A stretch of DNA of 63,201 nt, filler included, from Platydemus manokwari (lineage: Eukaryota), in the NCBI GenBank assembly GCA_037951405.1. It is 5 parts of 5 records of this genome, joined end to end, with 100 filler letters (N's around TTAATTAATTAA, not from the genome) between each part and the next. Parts side by side here need not be neighbours in the genome. Positions count along the whole stretch, not along the records: positions 52,482 to 63,201 come from JBBMOY011110442.1; 4 more parts are not named here. The stretch is one strand, 5' to 3'. Position 1 is the first letter of the stretch, and the number at the start of each line of letters is the position of its first letter. A model generated the notes under the pieces. That model saw only the letters and a list, made by a program, of their open reading frames with translations. It was not told where the DNA came from and ran no database searches. Shown in pieces: positions 52,482 to 63,201 of this stretch. The translations under genes were made by a program, and so were the position numbers.

Positions 52482-53857
52482 CTTTTTCCTGTCTACTACT
52501 TCTATTGAGCTTAATCTTGCATCTGGAGATCTTTCTCTTACAGCCTCGTTAAAAGTTCCAAAAATGACAAAGATATATTATAAATAAAGCCAATCATTTC
52601 AGACATGTGCATGCACATCGAACTATAAATTAAAGCCAATTCGTGATCGAGAGGAGGTGATGTGACAGATAAAAAAGATAACACATGTAAAACCACATTT
52701 TTGTTTCAATATATTTCAAATGAATTATTTTACAATTCATCACTATAAATATTAATGAGCACACTCTGTACTACGGAAATGGTTTGTTCAAGAGTAAAAT
52801 AATAATAATATATTATTGTGTAATCACGTCAAATTTCCAATGTTTTGTTAATATAATTTTATGAATAAGATTTTCGAGAAATCTAATATTCATTACAATA
52901 TCATCGTTATTAATAACAAAGAAATCTTAAGAAGCACCATTTTCTTTGAATAATATTAAGATTTGAGCAGTAGAAAACCACAATATTCATTGCAGCAATG
53001 GTGGGGTTAATTTTAACCGTGATCAAAGTCTATTTCTCATCATTTCCAACTATTTACTTTAACTTTTCGTTTTGAATAAAATTGTGAGTAATATATTTCA
53101 AATCTTAATGATTTTGTAAAAATAAAATTAGCTGATTGGTTAATTCACTGATTAAAAATTTTTGTTCTAAAAGTGGATTAATTCCAATTTTGAGAGTTTC
53201 AAAATGATATCGATTATATTACACAGTAAAATTGTATTAGAACAGTGTTATTTTAATTTAATATTGTAGAAATGATTTGGCAAAATGATAATACTGCTAA
53301 TCACGCTAACTTAGATTTTATTTTTATTTCAAAACAAATTTATTTATTCCTTGATTTTTTGGGGTTTTAAGAATCGAAAAAATTGGTTCATTGATTCAGA
53401 ATGCCAACAAAACCACATTATTTTCAAACAGTGTTTATTATGTGACTGGACAAGGTAAATAATTAACGATTATTAATTCGATGTTATTAACATTTTGAAA
53501 TTTATTGGAACGAAAACCCTCAAATACCTCGAATTTAAAATATTGGAATTGAAAGCCATTTGCAAAAATAAATGATCCAAATACATATTAATGAAATACT
53601 TGAGTTTCCCAAATGTAAAGCAAGAAAGTAAAAACGTAACTGTGAAGTGAAAAATAAGAAAATTAGTTCCCAAAAATTCATCGTGTGTGTTAGTCAATTC
53701 AAATAAAATTTCAAGACGAATTCTATAAGTGATGTAAGAAGGATAAAATATCTTGACAGTCTTGATAAGGAATTAGAATGACATTGAATAATGAAATGAC
53801 AGCAAATATATTATAATGAGAAACGATGAAAGCCTCAAACATTTTTGATGTCTAAGA

Positions 53858-53962
53858 CAGAGGTGGCCAACTTCTGCGTACGTAAGATCGACTTTTCATT
53901 TGAATAACATCTCACGCCATCGACTAACATTGGCTTCAAGATCGACCGGTTGGCCACCCCTG
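53858..53962 (-). mobile_element. 105-bp hAT MITE (copy 2, inverted, in the intron after Wnt exon 2)
   Basis: TIRs CAGAGGTGGCCAAC / GTTGGCCACCCCTG; perfect 8-bp TSD GTCTAAGA (53850-53857, 53963-53970); aligns to copy 1 with an 18-bp deletion. Confidence 0.92.
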
Positions 53963-54331
53963 GTCTAAGAGAACATTTCTATAAAAATATTTTTAATAAA
54001 TTTCAAGTTTCTAATCATCATGTCAGGAATTGTTATGGTCGATTTCGGATAAGGTTTTCAATGAAATTTCAATTTGGCCCTTTCCAAACAGTTCCATAAA
54101 AGAAGAAAATAAAGCTATTGAAAAATTATCCAGGGATATTATATGATAAATGGTTGAAAACATATGTTTTGGAAATTCTTCTAAAAACCCCAAAATTAAA
54201 AATAAACCTAAATAAAGATATGAGAAGAGAAATAGAATCAAATAAAACTTATTCAATTTATTTGTTGCTACTATAATATTTATTAAAGATCTCTTAAATG
54301 AAATATTTATTTACAGTCAATTATATCTTAC

Positions 54332-54802
54332 TTCTTCTCGTCATTTGGTGCAGGTTATAGGTCATGGTGTCTGGATAGGATTGATTGAAAGTACAATTCC
54401 ATCGCTCATACCTAAATTGTTGGGCACACTCGATCAGACCAAGCTTTGCTCCATAAATAATAGACAACATCATATTTGGATATGTTAGACAAAGATTCTT
54501 TTCTTTCGACGATTCTTGTGAAATCATTGAACAGATCTTCTTTATATCACTGGTTTGAAAAGGATTATTGAACGTTATGGGAAGAGTTTTGACAATCCTT
54601 TATTAGAGAGAATTTAAAATTTAAAAAAAATGAAAAAAAAAACAAAGTAAATTTCAATTTCAAAATAAGAGAGAATATCTTGTGAAAATAAATTAAAAGA
54701 AAACTATGTCTTTGCTTACCAATGCTTCTGATAGGAAACGTGGATGATGCATAAAATGAGTTGGGGATAAATCACGAGAATTCGGTGGATAATCTGTAGC
54801 AT
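54332..54802 (-). CDS. Wnt family ligand, exons 1-2 (remainder not found in window)
   Basis: Exon 1 54802-54720 (MLQIIHRILVIYPQLILCIIHVSYQKH-W, signal-peptide-like, donor gtaagc). Exon 2 54597-54332 (..IC...LCLTYPNMMLSIIYGAKLGLIECAQQFRYERWNCT.., donor gtaaga) carries the Wnt EC..QF...RWNC motif with the usual phase-2/phase-1 exon boundaries. Subfamily not assignable by eye. Confidence 0.92.
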
Positions 54803-56836
54803 GATGATGATTTTTTTCTCCACAGAAAATATAACCGTCAGTCAAAAATACTAACAACAAAAGTCAGATGAATAGTTTCGACACCAACAATTAGCGAATA
54901 AAATTATCAAAAAAAACACGCAACCCGTCGAATGCATGAAATGCTAGTCTATAATTGGATTCCGTAATTTTTCCCTTTCTATGTAGGAAAAACCGACTCA
55001 CTGAAGCATCAAAGTAATCTTTTTCCCCTAAATCTTTACCTTGGCTCTCTCTCTCTTGTCGACTACTGGTGAATAATTCGACAGAATGGAAAAAAAATGA
55101 ATTTATTAGATATGATATATATATTTATAGAGATAGTGTTTAGAGGAAAACTTCTACCTGCATTTCACAGTAGGATACTTGGTAAAACCAAATGTTTCGC
55201 TACGTATTAACTTTTAATTATTAAAATACCAAACCAGCTTGCCAGGCAGTCGAATATATTTATATACGAATAAGGCATTTGCTATCTATTGGTGCATTTT
55301 TTCTGCTGATATGGGTTCCTTTTTTGCAAATAATCTTTTTGACTATCTATGTTGAGATGCGATTTTTTTTCCCCTATTATTCAGATTTCGTTATTTTTGT
55401 AGTTTTGGGAAGGAAGTTTTTGACAATGAGATGTCAAAAATGTTTGTTTCTTTCAGGTCTTTTTGACAGGTTACTTCATCAGTCCAATTCGTTTCGGTTT
55501 CTTGATTATTATCGGTATTTAGTTGGCTCTGACATTTCGGATGAAATTCGTTGTCAGAATCGACACAGTGCGAGATAACTGGATTTCTAACTGATGAATG
55601 TTATTGTGATATGATATTTTATCACTTTGTGTGCGGTTTTACCGTATTTCGTTCGACAGTTGATGGATATGTTATTCAATTATATGACAAATAGTCCAAA
55701 AAAATATTCTGTCCATTGGATTTCCAGACATATTGCCAATGAATTAAAACAAAGAAAAAATTATTCTTTTTAATACAAAAGGAAATGGAAATTTGAACGA
55801 TAAAACAGTTTGCGAGTTTATTAATTCATATAGATGTCTATGGTCGTTAATAATTATACGAGCACACATGAGAACAATTATTTAAAAATGTTGGCCTTCA
55901 GTAACCATAGTGATTTTCTGAGACTTTTTCCACAAAACACTATGACAATAATATTAACCATATTATCAATTAATATTATTAAATAACATTGAGAGAAACA
56001 TTTTATAGGCCATTGTCGAATAAAGCAAAAAAGTGGGGAAAAAAGTGAGACAACGAATAATGATAGCAAATTATTACCACAAATGACTCATAATAGTCTA
56101 GTTTGTCATTCAAGAAATTGAGAAGAGAACAAAAATATATCGTAAAATCCACCGACAAAAATAACATCGTAGACTCATTCTTAGATTTCGTAGTTAAAAG
56201 ACAAAGTTTCGTGGTTAAATTTAATCCGTTATTAGATGAGTAATTTTGTGATGATTAATTATTTATTATATTAGGAAATTCTCTTTATTTTCAGTGGTTT
56301 TGTTTTAATCGGTGTCTGAAAAGTTATTAGATTCTATATTTTTATCGAATTTTTGTTTTAATTGATGAAAGATAAAATATATCAAATATTTTTCATCAGA
56401 AATTTGCCTAGCCATATGAAAAAAGAAAATCAATAGATATTTATACATATATCCTCACTGGAATATATTAAATCATTATGTATCGTCGTTCTCATCCTCA
56501 ATATCATCACCATGATCATCATTATTCTGTCACAAATAACAACTTGCACATAGCAACACATATTCCAATGCTTCAATGATCATACATCCGTTTTGTTCAC
56601 ATTCATCATTTCCTTCATTTCAACGTTTAGAATGAGGAAATAATAATTGAAAGATTGTCGGTGAAAAATAATTTTTATCTTTGTTGCTTATTTAAAGATA
56701 TGCTAAACTGTGTGTTCCAAACCGATAAGAGATATTTGAAACGCCCACCGAACAACATTTGTACCCCACTCTACGGTAAACTGAATGAACATTTAAAAAA
56801 AAAAGAAACAGTTTTGTCTACATTTAGGAAATATTT

Positions 56837-57760
56837 TTAATAATACGGCGATGATAACCAGTCAAATTGGAAATCGTACTTCAAATGCAGTCTTTCCATC
56901 ATATTCCAGAACATTTGACGACATTTGAAATAGTCGGGATTTTCATCGAATTTCAAACCTCGACAGTAAATGAGATAATCACAGAATTCTGTAGGAATTT
57001 TCTGACACAATTCTTTGAGCGGTGTTGATTTTTTCATTTCGTGAATCTTTGTGAATTTATCTTCATTACTTTCAACTGGTAAACCTTGCCATGGTAGACG
57101 ACCAAGAAGTAAGTACACAAATACGTGACCCAACGATTCCAAATCATCTCGGCGCGATTGTTCGAAGCCTTCGTGTGTGTTGACACTGCAATATCTAGCA
57201 GTGCCTGTCAAATTCTTATCGGATCTAAATGGGATATGAACATTATTGTTGGGATCGATGTATTGTTTTGACAGTCCAAAATCAATTAGATAAACGGTAT
57301 TGAAATTTTCTTTGTTTCCCATCAGAAAGTTTTCAGGCTTAATATCCCGATGAATCAGACTATTCTGATGTAGATTTTGCATCCTCTTGATCATCTGATC
57401 GGCCAACATTCCCACAGTTTTAATTGAAAATCGACATTCACAATAAACATGTAAATCATCTAAACTGGGACCAAGCTGTTCCATGACTAAGGCCCGATAG
57501 ATATTCTGTACACCATCACGTCCATACCAATATATCTGACAGAATCCAGCACTGCCTTTTAATTTCTGAAGGATTTTATATTCAAAATTTAGTTGACTCC
57601 AACTATCGGCATCGTACTTTTCCATTTTCACTGCAGCTAATCGATTAGTTTTAATATTAATACATGAATAAATTTCCCCAAAAGAGCCAGCACCAATTTT
57701 TTTGGTTATCTTCCATTCTTTATTAATAACAAATTCTCGTGGATTGGATTCAATAGGCAT
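56837..57760 (-). CDS. Casein kinase 1 family Ser/Thr kinase, intronless, 307 aa
   Basis: KIGAGSFGEIY, AVKME, LVMEQLGPSL, HRDIKPENFL, LIDFGLSK, LTGTARYCSVNTH, EQSRRDDLESLG, LPWQGL, PDY, YDFQFDW; single uninterrupted ORF with ATG and TAA. Confidence 0.96.
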   Translation of the reverse strand: MPIESNPREFVINKEWKITKKIGAGSFGEIYSCINIKTNRLAAVKMEKYDADSWSQLNFEYKILQKLKGSAGFCQIYWYGRDGVQNIYRALVMEQLGPSLDDLHVYCECRFSIKTVGMLADQMIKRMQNLHQNSLIHRDIKPENFLMGNKENFNTVYLIDFGLSKQYIDPNNNVHIPFRSDKNLTGTARYCSVNTHEGFEQSRRDDLESLGHVFVYLLLGRLPWQGLPVESNEDKFTKIHEMKKSTPLKELCQKIPTEFCDYLIYCRGLKFDENPDYFKCRQMFWNMMERLHLKYDFQFDWLSSPYY

Positions 57761-60538
57761 ATTGTTATAGACTACTACTACTAATCCATTGAATAATCCA
57801 TTATTAATATTATTTAATATATTGATCAGAACATTTTGAATTTAACAATTCACATAAAAGCTTAAATATCGATGCGATTGTTGTTGTGATAATTTTATAG
57901 AAGAATTTAAACCATAAACAATGCCAATGAAATACACTGGAACTCGCTTAAAATCAACTGAGTTGAAAATCTGTTAGCAATGTTAAGATTTGTTTCGTAC
58001 AATTAATAATGTTATAGTAAGCTTGTTAATCTGCATATGTTCTGGGAAGTAAGAGTAGGATAACATGGTATTAACAGAATTCAGTTATTATTCAATGATA
58101 AAACATATTGATTGATAAAACATTTTGATATTTAAATGGAAGTCATTACGGTTTATGCGTGTGATCTGAAATTTGACTTTTGGAACTTCTGTTTTTCTGA
58201 ATGACTTTGATTTAAAGTTTCTCAATGTCGCACGTTGAAGATCTTACTGAATTTGTAAGAATTGTTATTTTACAATTATAATTTTGAGTATTTATCTTTA
58301 GTTATTATAGCAATAATGTGATGAATACTGTCAGGCACTTTAGGTATCTAATTCATAAAATTTTCAACCTCTAATATGGAGGAAAGCGCAATGAAAGATT
58401 GAAAAATAGGTTGGGGTTTGAGAATTATTAGTAATTTGAAATGATCTATTAACGATAACAATCTGACATTCATCGAAATAAAACCACGTTTCAGTATGTA
58501 TAAACCTATAAAAGTATTCCACAAATTTCAATCAATAATTTAATGTACGAACGCATTAATTATTATTTTTAATTAATAGCAAAATTTTTCCATTGATTAA
58601 GAATTTTTATAAAATGACTTTTGCAACTCCAGAAAGAAAATACGATTAAAAATATAAAATCCATTAAAATAAATTTCATTAAATTTACATATTAAAACAA
58701 ATAAAATCGACAATGTTTAAAGTCAATGACTCTGGTGTTAAACGAAGATAATAGGGATAGAGGCGCATTATTTGAATATGATATTAAAATCAATTACGAT
58801 TTGTGTCACTGTTGACACACACGTTGTCTTTAAACAATAAAACTGTGAGAACCGAACAATAAATACAATAACGTAAATTACACCACAGCCTTTAATAAAA
58901 ACTTATTGAGACTGATTAAGATGACAGGCATAATGTTGGGTATTAGAAACATACTCTGGACAGAAATAATAATAAGCAATAATAAACATATTTTTTTTCT
59001 AAATAGATAAAATTATTGTTAACAAAATATTAAAATAGAACGATGAGATGAAAAACTCCAAACTAGAAATAGAAAATGATAAACGACGAAAACATATTAA
59101 ATAAAATATAAAGATCGAAGCCGTATCAAACAAAGAAGGAAGAAAATAAAATATACACCAAAAATGGCTGCCGTGCGATCAACATGTTTGATATTACGCT
59201 CATTAAAAGAACTATATCAAGAAAAATTTCAGGCGGAAGAACCTAGAATTTTAAAACCTACTCAATCGTACGGGGATTATTTTAAGTAAAGTTCCTACTG
59301 CAAAAAATCAATTAATAGTCATATATAAACTAAACGAATTTCTTGTAGAATCTAATTGTTCAACCCCATTTATATTCATTTCAGGTAATTTTGTTTTGAT
59401 TGAATGGCTTTTATAATCAATTTGATTGTAATAAAGTTGTTTCTAATTTATATTTAAATGGATTGAACTCAGTCCAAGCATTCTGTTAACTACATTTAAA
59501 TTAATTGTATAAACTTATCTCAATTAGAGGGATTGCTGGTACATATATGTTACGTTTTTGGGTCATGGCTTATTTCTTGGCCTCGACGTTCTCAACTTTT
59601 ATGGAAACTTAAACTCTATCAATACCTCTTTTGTTGTGTCGAACTTTACTTTAATTATTTTATCAATTTCTGTCTCTTTTTATTTTATTAGCACAATATT
59701 GCCATATTTAACTATGAAATTGGGAATCTATATGGCCAATCACCTGATTGATAACAAGCTAGTTGTATGGATAAAAATATTTATTACAAATTCTAAATAC
59801 ACGAAATTCAATACTATTGCATAATTATTGTGCAATAGACAATTATTTAGAAATTAATACTTTTATACAATTAGGATTTTCATACTGCACTTTACACTTA
59901 AACGTTAGAATCAACATGAGGAGAGAACTGTATACCAAACAAGCCACTTCTTTGAAATTGGGGAAATGCCTATTTCAAGGTATTTGAGGTACTCTCGATA
60001 AATAGGAAGAATATATAATATAAATAAATATACGAGATTTTACACGAACGATCTTATTTTGGATCTTTACTCGTCGCCAATCAAAATATTTCTATTCTCT
60101 TTCTGTGGAATTACAAGGAATATAGAATCTCTTGGCTTGATCGAAGAATTTCCTCGGGTGGGAAAATTAAATAAACTAAGGCCTTAATGGTTTCTAATTA
60201 ATAGGCAAAGGCATTGATTGTTGACTGCATTATATACAGGTTGCCCAGTCAAGAGAAATAATAGGTGAAATTATAAAATGCGGGCTGCATTTCCGGTTTA
60301 TTGTTGTTGGTTTTTTCATTTGAATTAAATTTATTCCTATCGGGTTGTTGCAATCCGGGTTTTATTCTTCCTATTATTCTCGGAATTATTGTTAATATTG
60401 TTAATTTTATAGTTGATAAGAAAAATGTTGGCTTGATTGCTATTTTATCTACACTAAATTTATAATAAAATTGAAATTGTCATTGAACCAAATTATTGAT
60501 CTAAATGATATTAAGCTAAATGATTATTTATTCCGAAA

Positions 60539-60564
60539 ATTATTATTATTATTATTATTATTAT
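60539..60564. repeat. (ATT)8 microsatellite
   Basis: Read directly from the sequence. Confidence 0.85.
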
Positions 60565-60741
60565 AAACCGAAATTATTATTATTTTTATTAAAACTTAAT
60601 TCTTTAATTACATTTTAATATTTATTATTATTTTAATTTCAAGTTTCATGATATTTGTACATGAAGGAATAAATTGAGAAAAATAAAATTAATATTCCGA
60701 CCAATCATTCAAGAAGTGTATACGATGCTTAATACAAATTG

Positions 60742-60837
60742 TTTACAACTCTTATACACCAATAACCAAATTATTTACTACTATTATATACCAATAATCA
60801 CATTACTTACTGCCATTATACACCTATAATCAAATCA
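60742..60837. repeat. Diverged 32-bp tandem repeat, 3 copies
   Basis: tttacaactcttatacaccaataaccaaatta / tttactactattatataccaataatcacatta / cttactgccattatacacctataatcaaatca, contiguous with no spacers. Confidence 0.8.
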
Positions 60838-62671
60838 CTAAAAAATCTATGCAATTGTTAAAGTTAAATTATTGGAAACCCCAACATATATATATATGCC
60901 CAATTCTCAGCAAGTTACTTAACAACAAGGGTTGTTGCGGAGAAACCACTGGGGAGTCTTAATTAATAATAGGAACAATGGACTCCTTTAAAACTTACGT
61001 ACCTCAAAATACATGATAATAAAAGTATATAACATTTTTTCTAAATCCAGGCACCAAAACCCTCTTCAAAATAGAAAATATATAAATACAATTTAATAAT
61101 TCCAAAAATAGATAAATTAATTGTACGTTACCAAAATTAGAACTAAAAATATGTGGGAATCTAAAAATAGATTAAATAAAATATAAAAATAGTAAAAATA
61201 GATAATTCGTCGTAAATAAGTGAAGAAACAGTATAAAAAGAAAAACATGATTCAGTAAACGACCATAACAATTTTACAAAAAGCTCATTATTATTTCACA
61301 GAAAATTTCACTACAACTCGATATTGAAAATCATCTTAATTGATCATTTTAAAAAGAAAAGCTATGAACGCAAACAGCAATTCAATAACTCTTATTTAAT
61401 CAGGAAATAACAGCAGCCAAGATGAAAGAAACTATAATTTTGCAAATTCGAGGTCCTCCGCAGTAATTTTATTCTTATTATCGTAACAAATTGAATGCAT
61501 TTTCTAAAGTCAATTTATTTAACTCTATTAATTAAATATGTCTTGGGCCTCCCCCAATGACTCCTTCAGTAAAACTCTAAACTCATCGAACTTCCAACCT
61601 CTTATCTATATAGTTACCGGATTTATTAGGTCCAAACTATGGTCAAATAATATTTAAGAACCTTTCAGCTCTCCGCACAAAGGATTATTAAAATATCACA
61701 TTAAACAACAACAGTTAATTTAAAGAATTCTAATTAAGATAACTGGTTATTTGTCATCAATCAATTGTTGTCATTTAATTTAATATTTGTAAATCGATAT
61801 TGCTATGTAATTGAGTAATTTTATATTCGCCACCAAGCATTGTTTTAAAGATTTAAGCCATCCGTGATTTGATCAGGTTGTGATTTCATTCAAGATTTAA
61901 TGTGGGGTTATTTAAGATGCTTTTCACCTTAATAATTGTATTATTGTTGTTATGATTATTATTATTAGATATTATTGATTGATATCATTATTATTCTCTA
62001 GAACAATTACCAATTCGATAAACCTTACATATAATTAAATTTCAATTCTGATTAATGAACCGTTGAACTTGAATGCTAGGGTAGAAGTAAATCAATAATA
62101 ATGATCCATTGATGAATAAATAGAAACATAATTCCAATCAATAATCCCAAACAGTAATAACATTCTACCAATCACAGAACCAATAATTTAGTCAAATATT
62201 ATAATTCCGTTATTAATAAAGTGACAGATTGGAATAATTGTCAAATATTTCATCAATAATGTCATGCCAAAAATCCATAAATAGGATAATAATGTCGACG
62301 GCAGATCATGTTCAGTATTTTCCGATCAAATAATGATCTATTTCATGGGTTGAAATTTTAATTTTGAGAAATACTATTGATTTATCAAGATTATCCTATA
62401 ATAAATCAATATATTTATAATTTTATTGATTGATTAATTGACTGAATCAAAATCACGGTTCATTAATAAATTAAATCCCTAGTGATGTGTTGCCATGTAA
62501 ACAAATACATGATGACAGGCACAATTATATCAATAAAATCAATCAATTGTAGCGCTCAATTTACAGAGCTTTCACTGTGAAAGGTGACACATAATAATAA
62601 TAAAGCGAAAATCAAGTACAAAACAACAATACAAATTTATTCAATTGACAAGAAAGTCACAAACAGATAGA

Positions 62672-62686
62672 TGTGTGTGTGTGTGT
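62672..62686. repeat. (TG)7 microsatellite next to a GA-rich tract, in the probable 3' UTR of the last gene
   Basis: Read directly from the sequence. Confidence 0.8.
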
Positions 62687-62813
62687 CATAACGGAACCCA
62701 GATGTTGAGAGAGATGAGAAACCATTCAACTGGAAACAGTGAGAAAGAAATAGGAAGGGAGAGAGAGACAGAGATAGAGATCAAGTGACACCAATTTAAT
62801 CCAAAAATGCAAA

Positions 62814-63091
62814 TCAAGGTGAATGATTGGTCGGGTATGCCATATAGAGTGGACTGTTATTAGTCGAATGACGACCACTGCCCGTATTTGATTGGTGTGT
62901 ATAACTGGGAGAATATGATTGATAATTATGTTGCTGTTGTTGTTGGCAGTGAGCCGCCTCAATTCCATAAGCATGACCGCCACTACCACCACCACCGCCA
63001 GCGCTAGCGGAATTATAGTCGGTCATCGGAAGGAGAGATTGCAATTTGTTTTGTAACTCAAATATTTGGTAATTCTTCTTTTTCAAGACAA
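62814..63091 (-). CDS. Terminal exon of an unidentified gene (short coiled-coil-like stretch then Gly/Gln/Ser/Tyr-rich tail)
   Basis: Pyrimidine-rich acceptor ttattgttctcatag just before 63091, then VLKKKNYQIFELQNKLQSLLP...GGGGGSGG...QQQQQH...HSP*; clearly higher GC than the flanks. Upstream exons lie outside the window. Confidence 0.65.
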
Positions 63092-63201
63092 CTATGAGAA
63101 CAATAAATGAGAGAAAAATCAAATCAAAGCATAATTGACAAGACACATCAACAAAAAAATGATAATAACAAGATAATTATTGAAATAAGCATAAATCACA
63201 A

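Noticed and set aside
55008-55014. ATCAAAG TCF/LEF-like site upstream of Wnt (also 53022-53028)
   Set aside because: An AT-rich 7-mer expected often by chance in this composition.
58240-58345. miR-8/miR-200-like words (ATCTTACTG ... AATACTGTCAGG)
   Set aside because: The arms are about 80 nt apart, do not pair into a precursor hairpin, and diverge from miR-8 outside these words.
60742-60837. 32-bp repeats as a CRISPR-like array
   Set aside because: Contiguous diverged units without spacers in a eukaryotic context; an ordinary minisatellite.
58934-60886. TGTTGGG...CCCAACA pair resembling the solo-LTR ends
   Set aside because: No target-site duplication and no visible internal similarity to 49108-49656.

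Overview
AT-rich eukaryotic (animal) genomic DNA with GT-AG introns, many only 43-62 nt long. It is made of five contigs joined by four artificial 100-nt gaps (44 N + TTAATTAATTAA + 44 N). A Wnt gene plus a fused glutamate synthase point to an invertebrate; a flatworm/planarian-type genome is my guess, not proven. I rebuilt the genes by hand from splice sites and reading-frame continuity: (1) the 3' part of an NADH-glutamate synthase (16 exons, 953-14568, +); (2) a Piccolo/RIM/Fife-type PDZ gene fragment missed by the ORF track (21646-22232, +); (3) a complete, strongly divergent 545-aa alpha-tubulin (30840-33729, -); (4) the RCC1-repeat and tail part of a NEK8/NEK9-family gene (36686-41864, -), ending in a CaaX box; (5) the first two exons of a Wnt (54332-54802, -); (6) an intronless, tail-less casein kinase 1 (56837-57760, -); (7) the last exon of an unidentified gene (62814-63091, -). 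Mobile-element debris includes hAT MITEs with perfect 8-bp target-site duplications, a mariner-derived element built from two 3' ends, a TTAA piggyBac-type MITE, a solo LTR, and decayed Gypsy and Tc1/mariner fragments. The most striking signal is the alpha-tubulin: its GTPase-activating Glu254 is Gln, K40 is absent, and a 110-aa Lys/Ser-rich tail replaces the acidic EEY tail. It lies about 3 kb from the apparently prenylatable NEK8/9 gene. No CRISPR, rRNA or tRNA was seen. All gene models are manual and were not checked against databases or RNA data.
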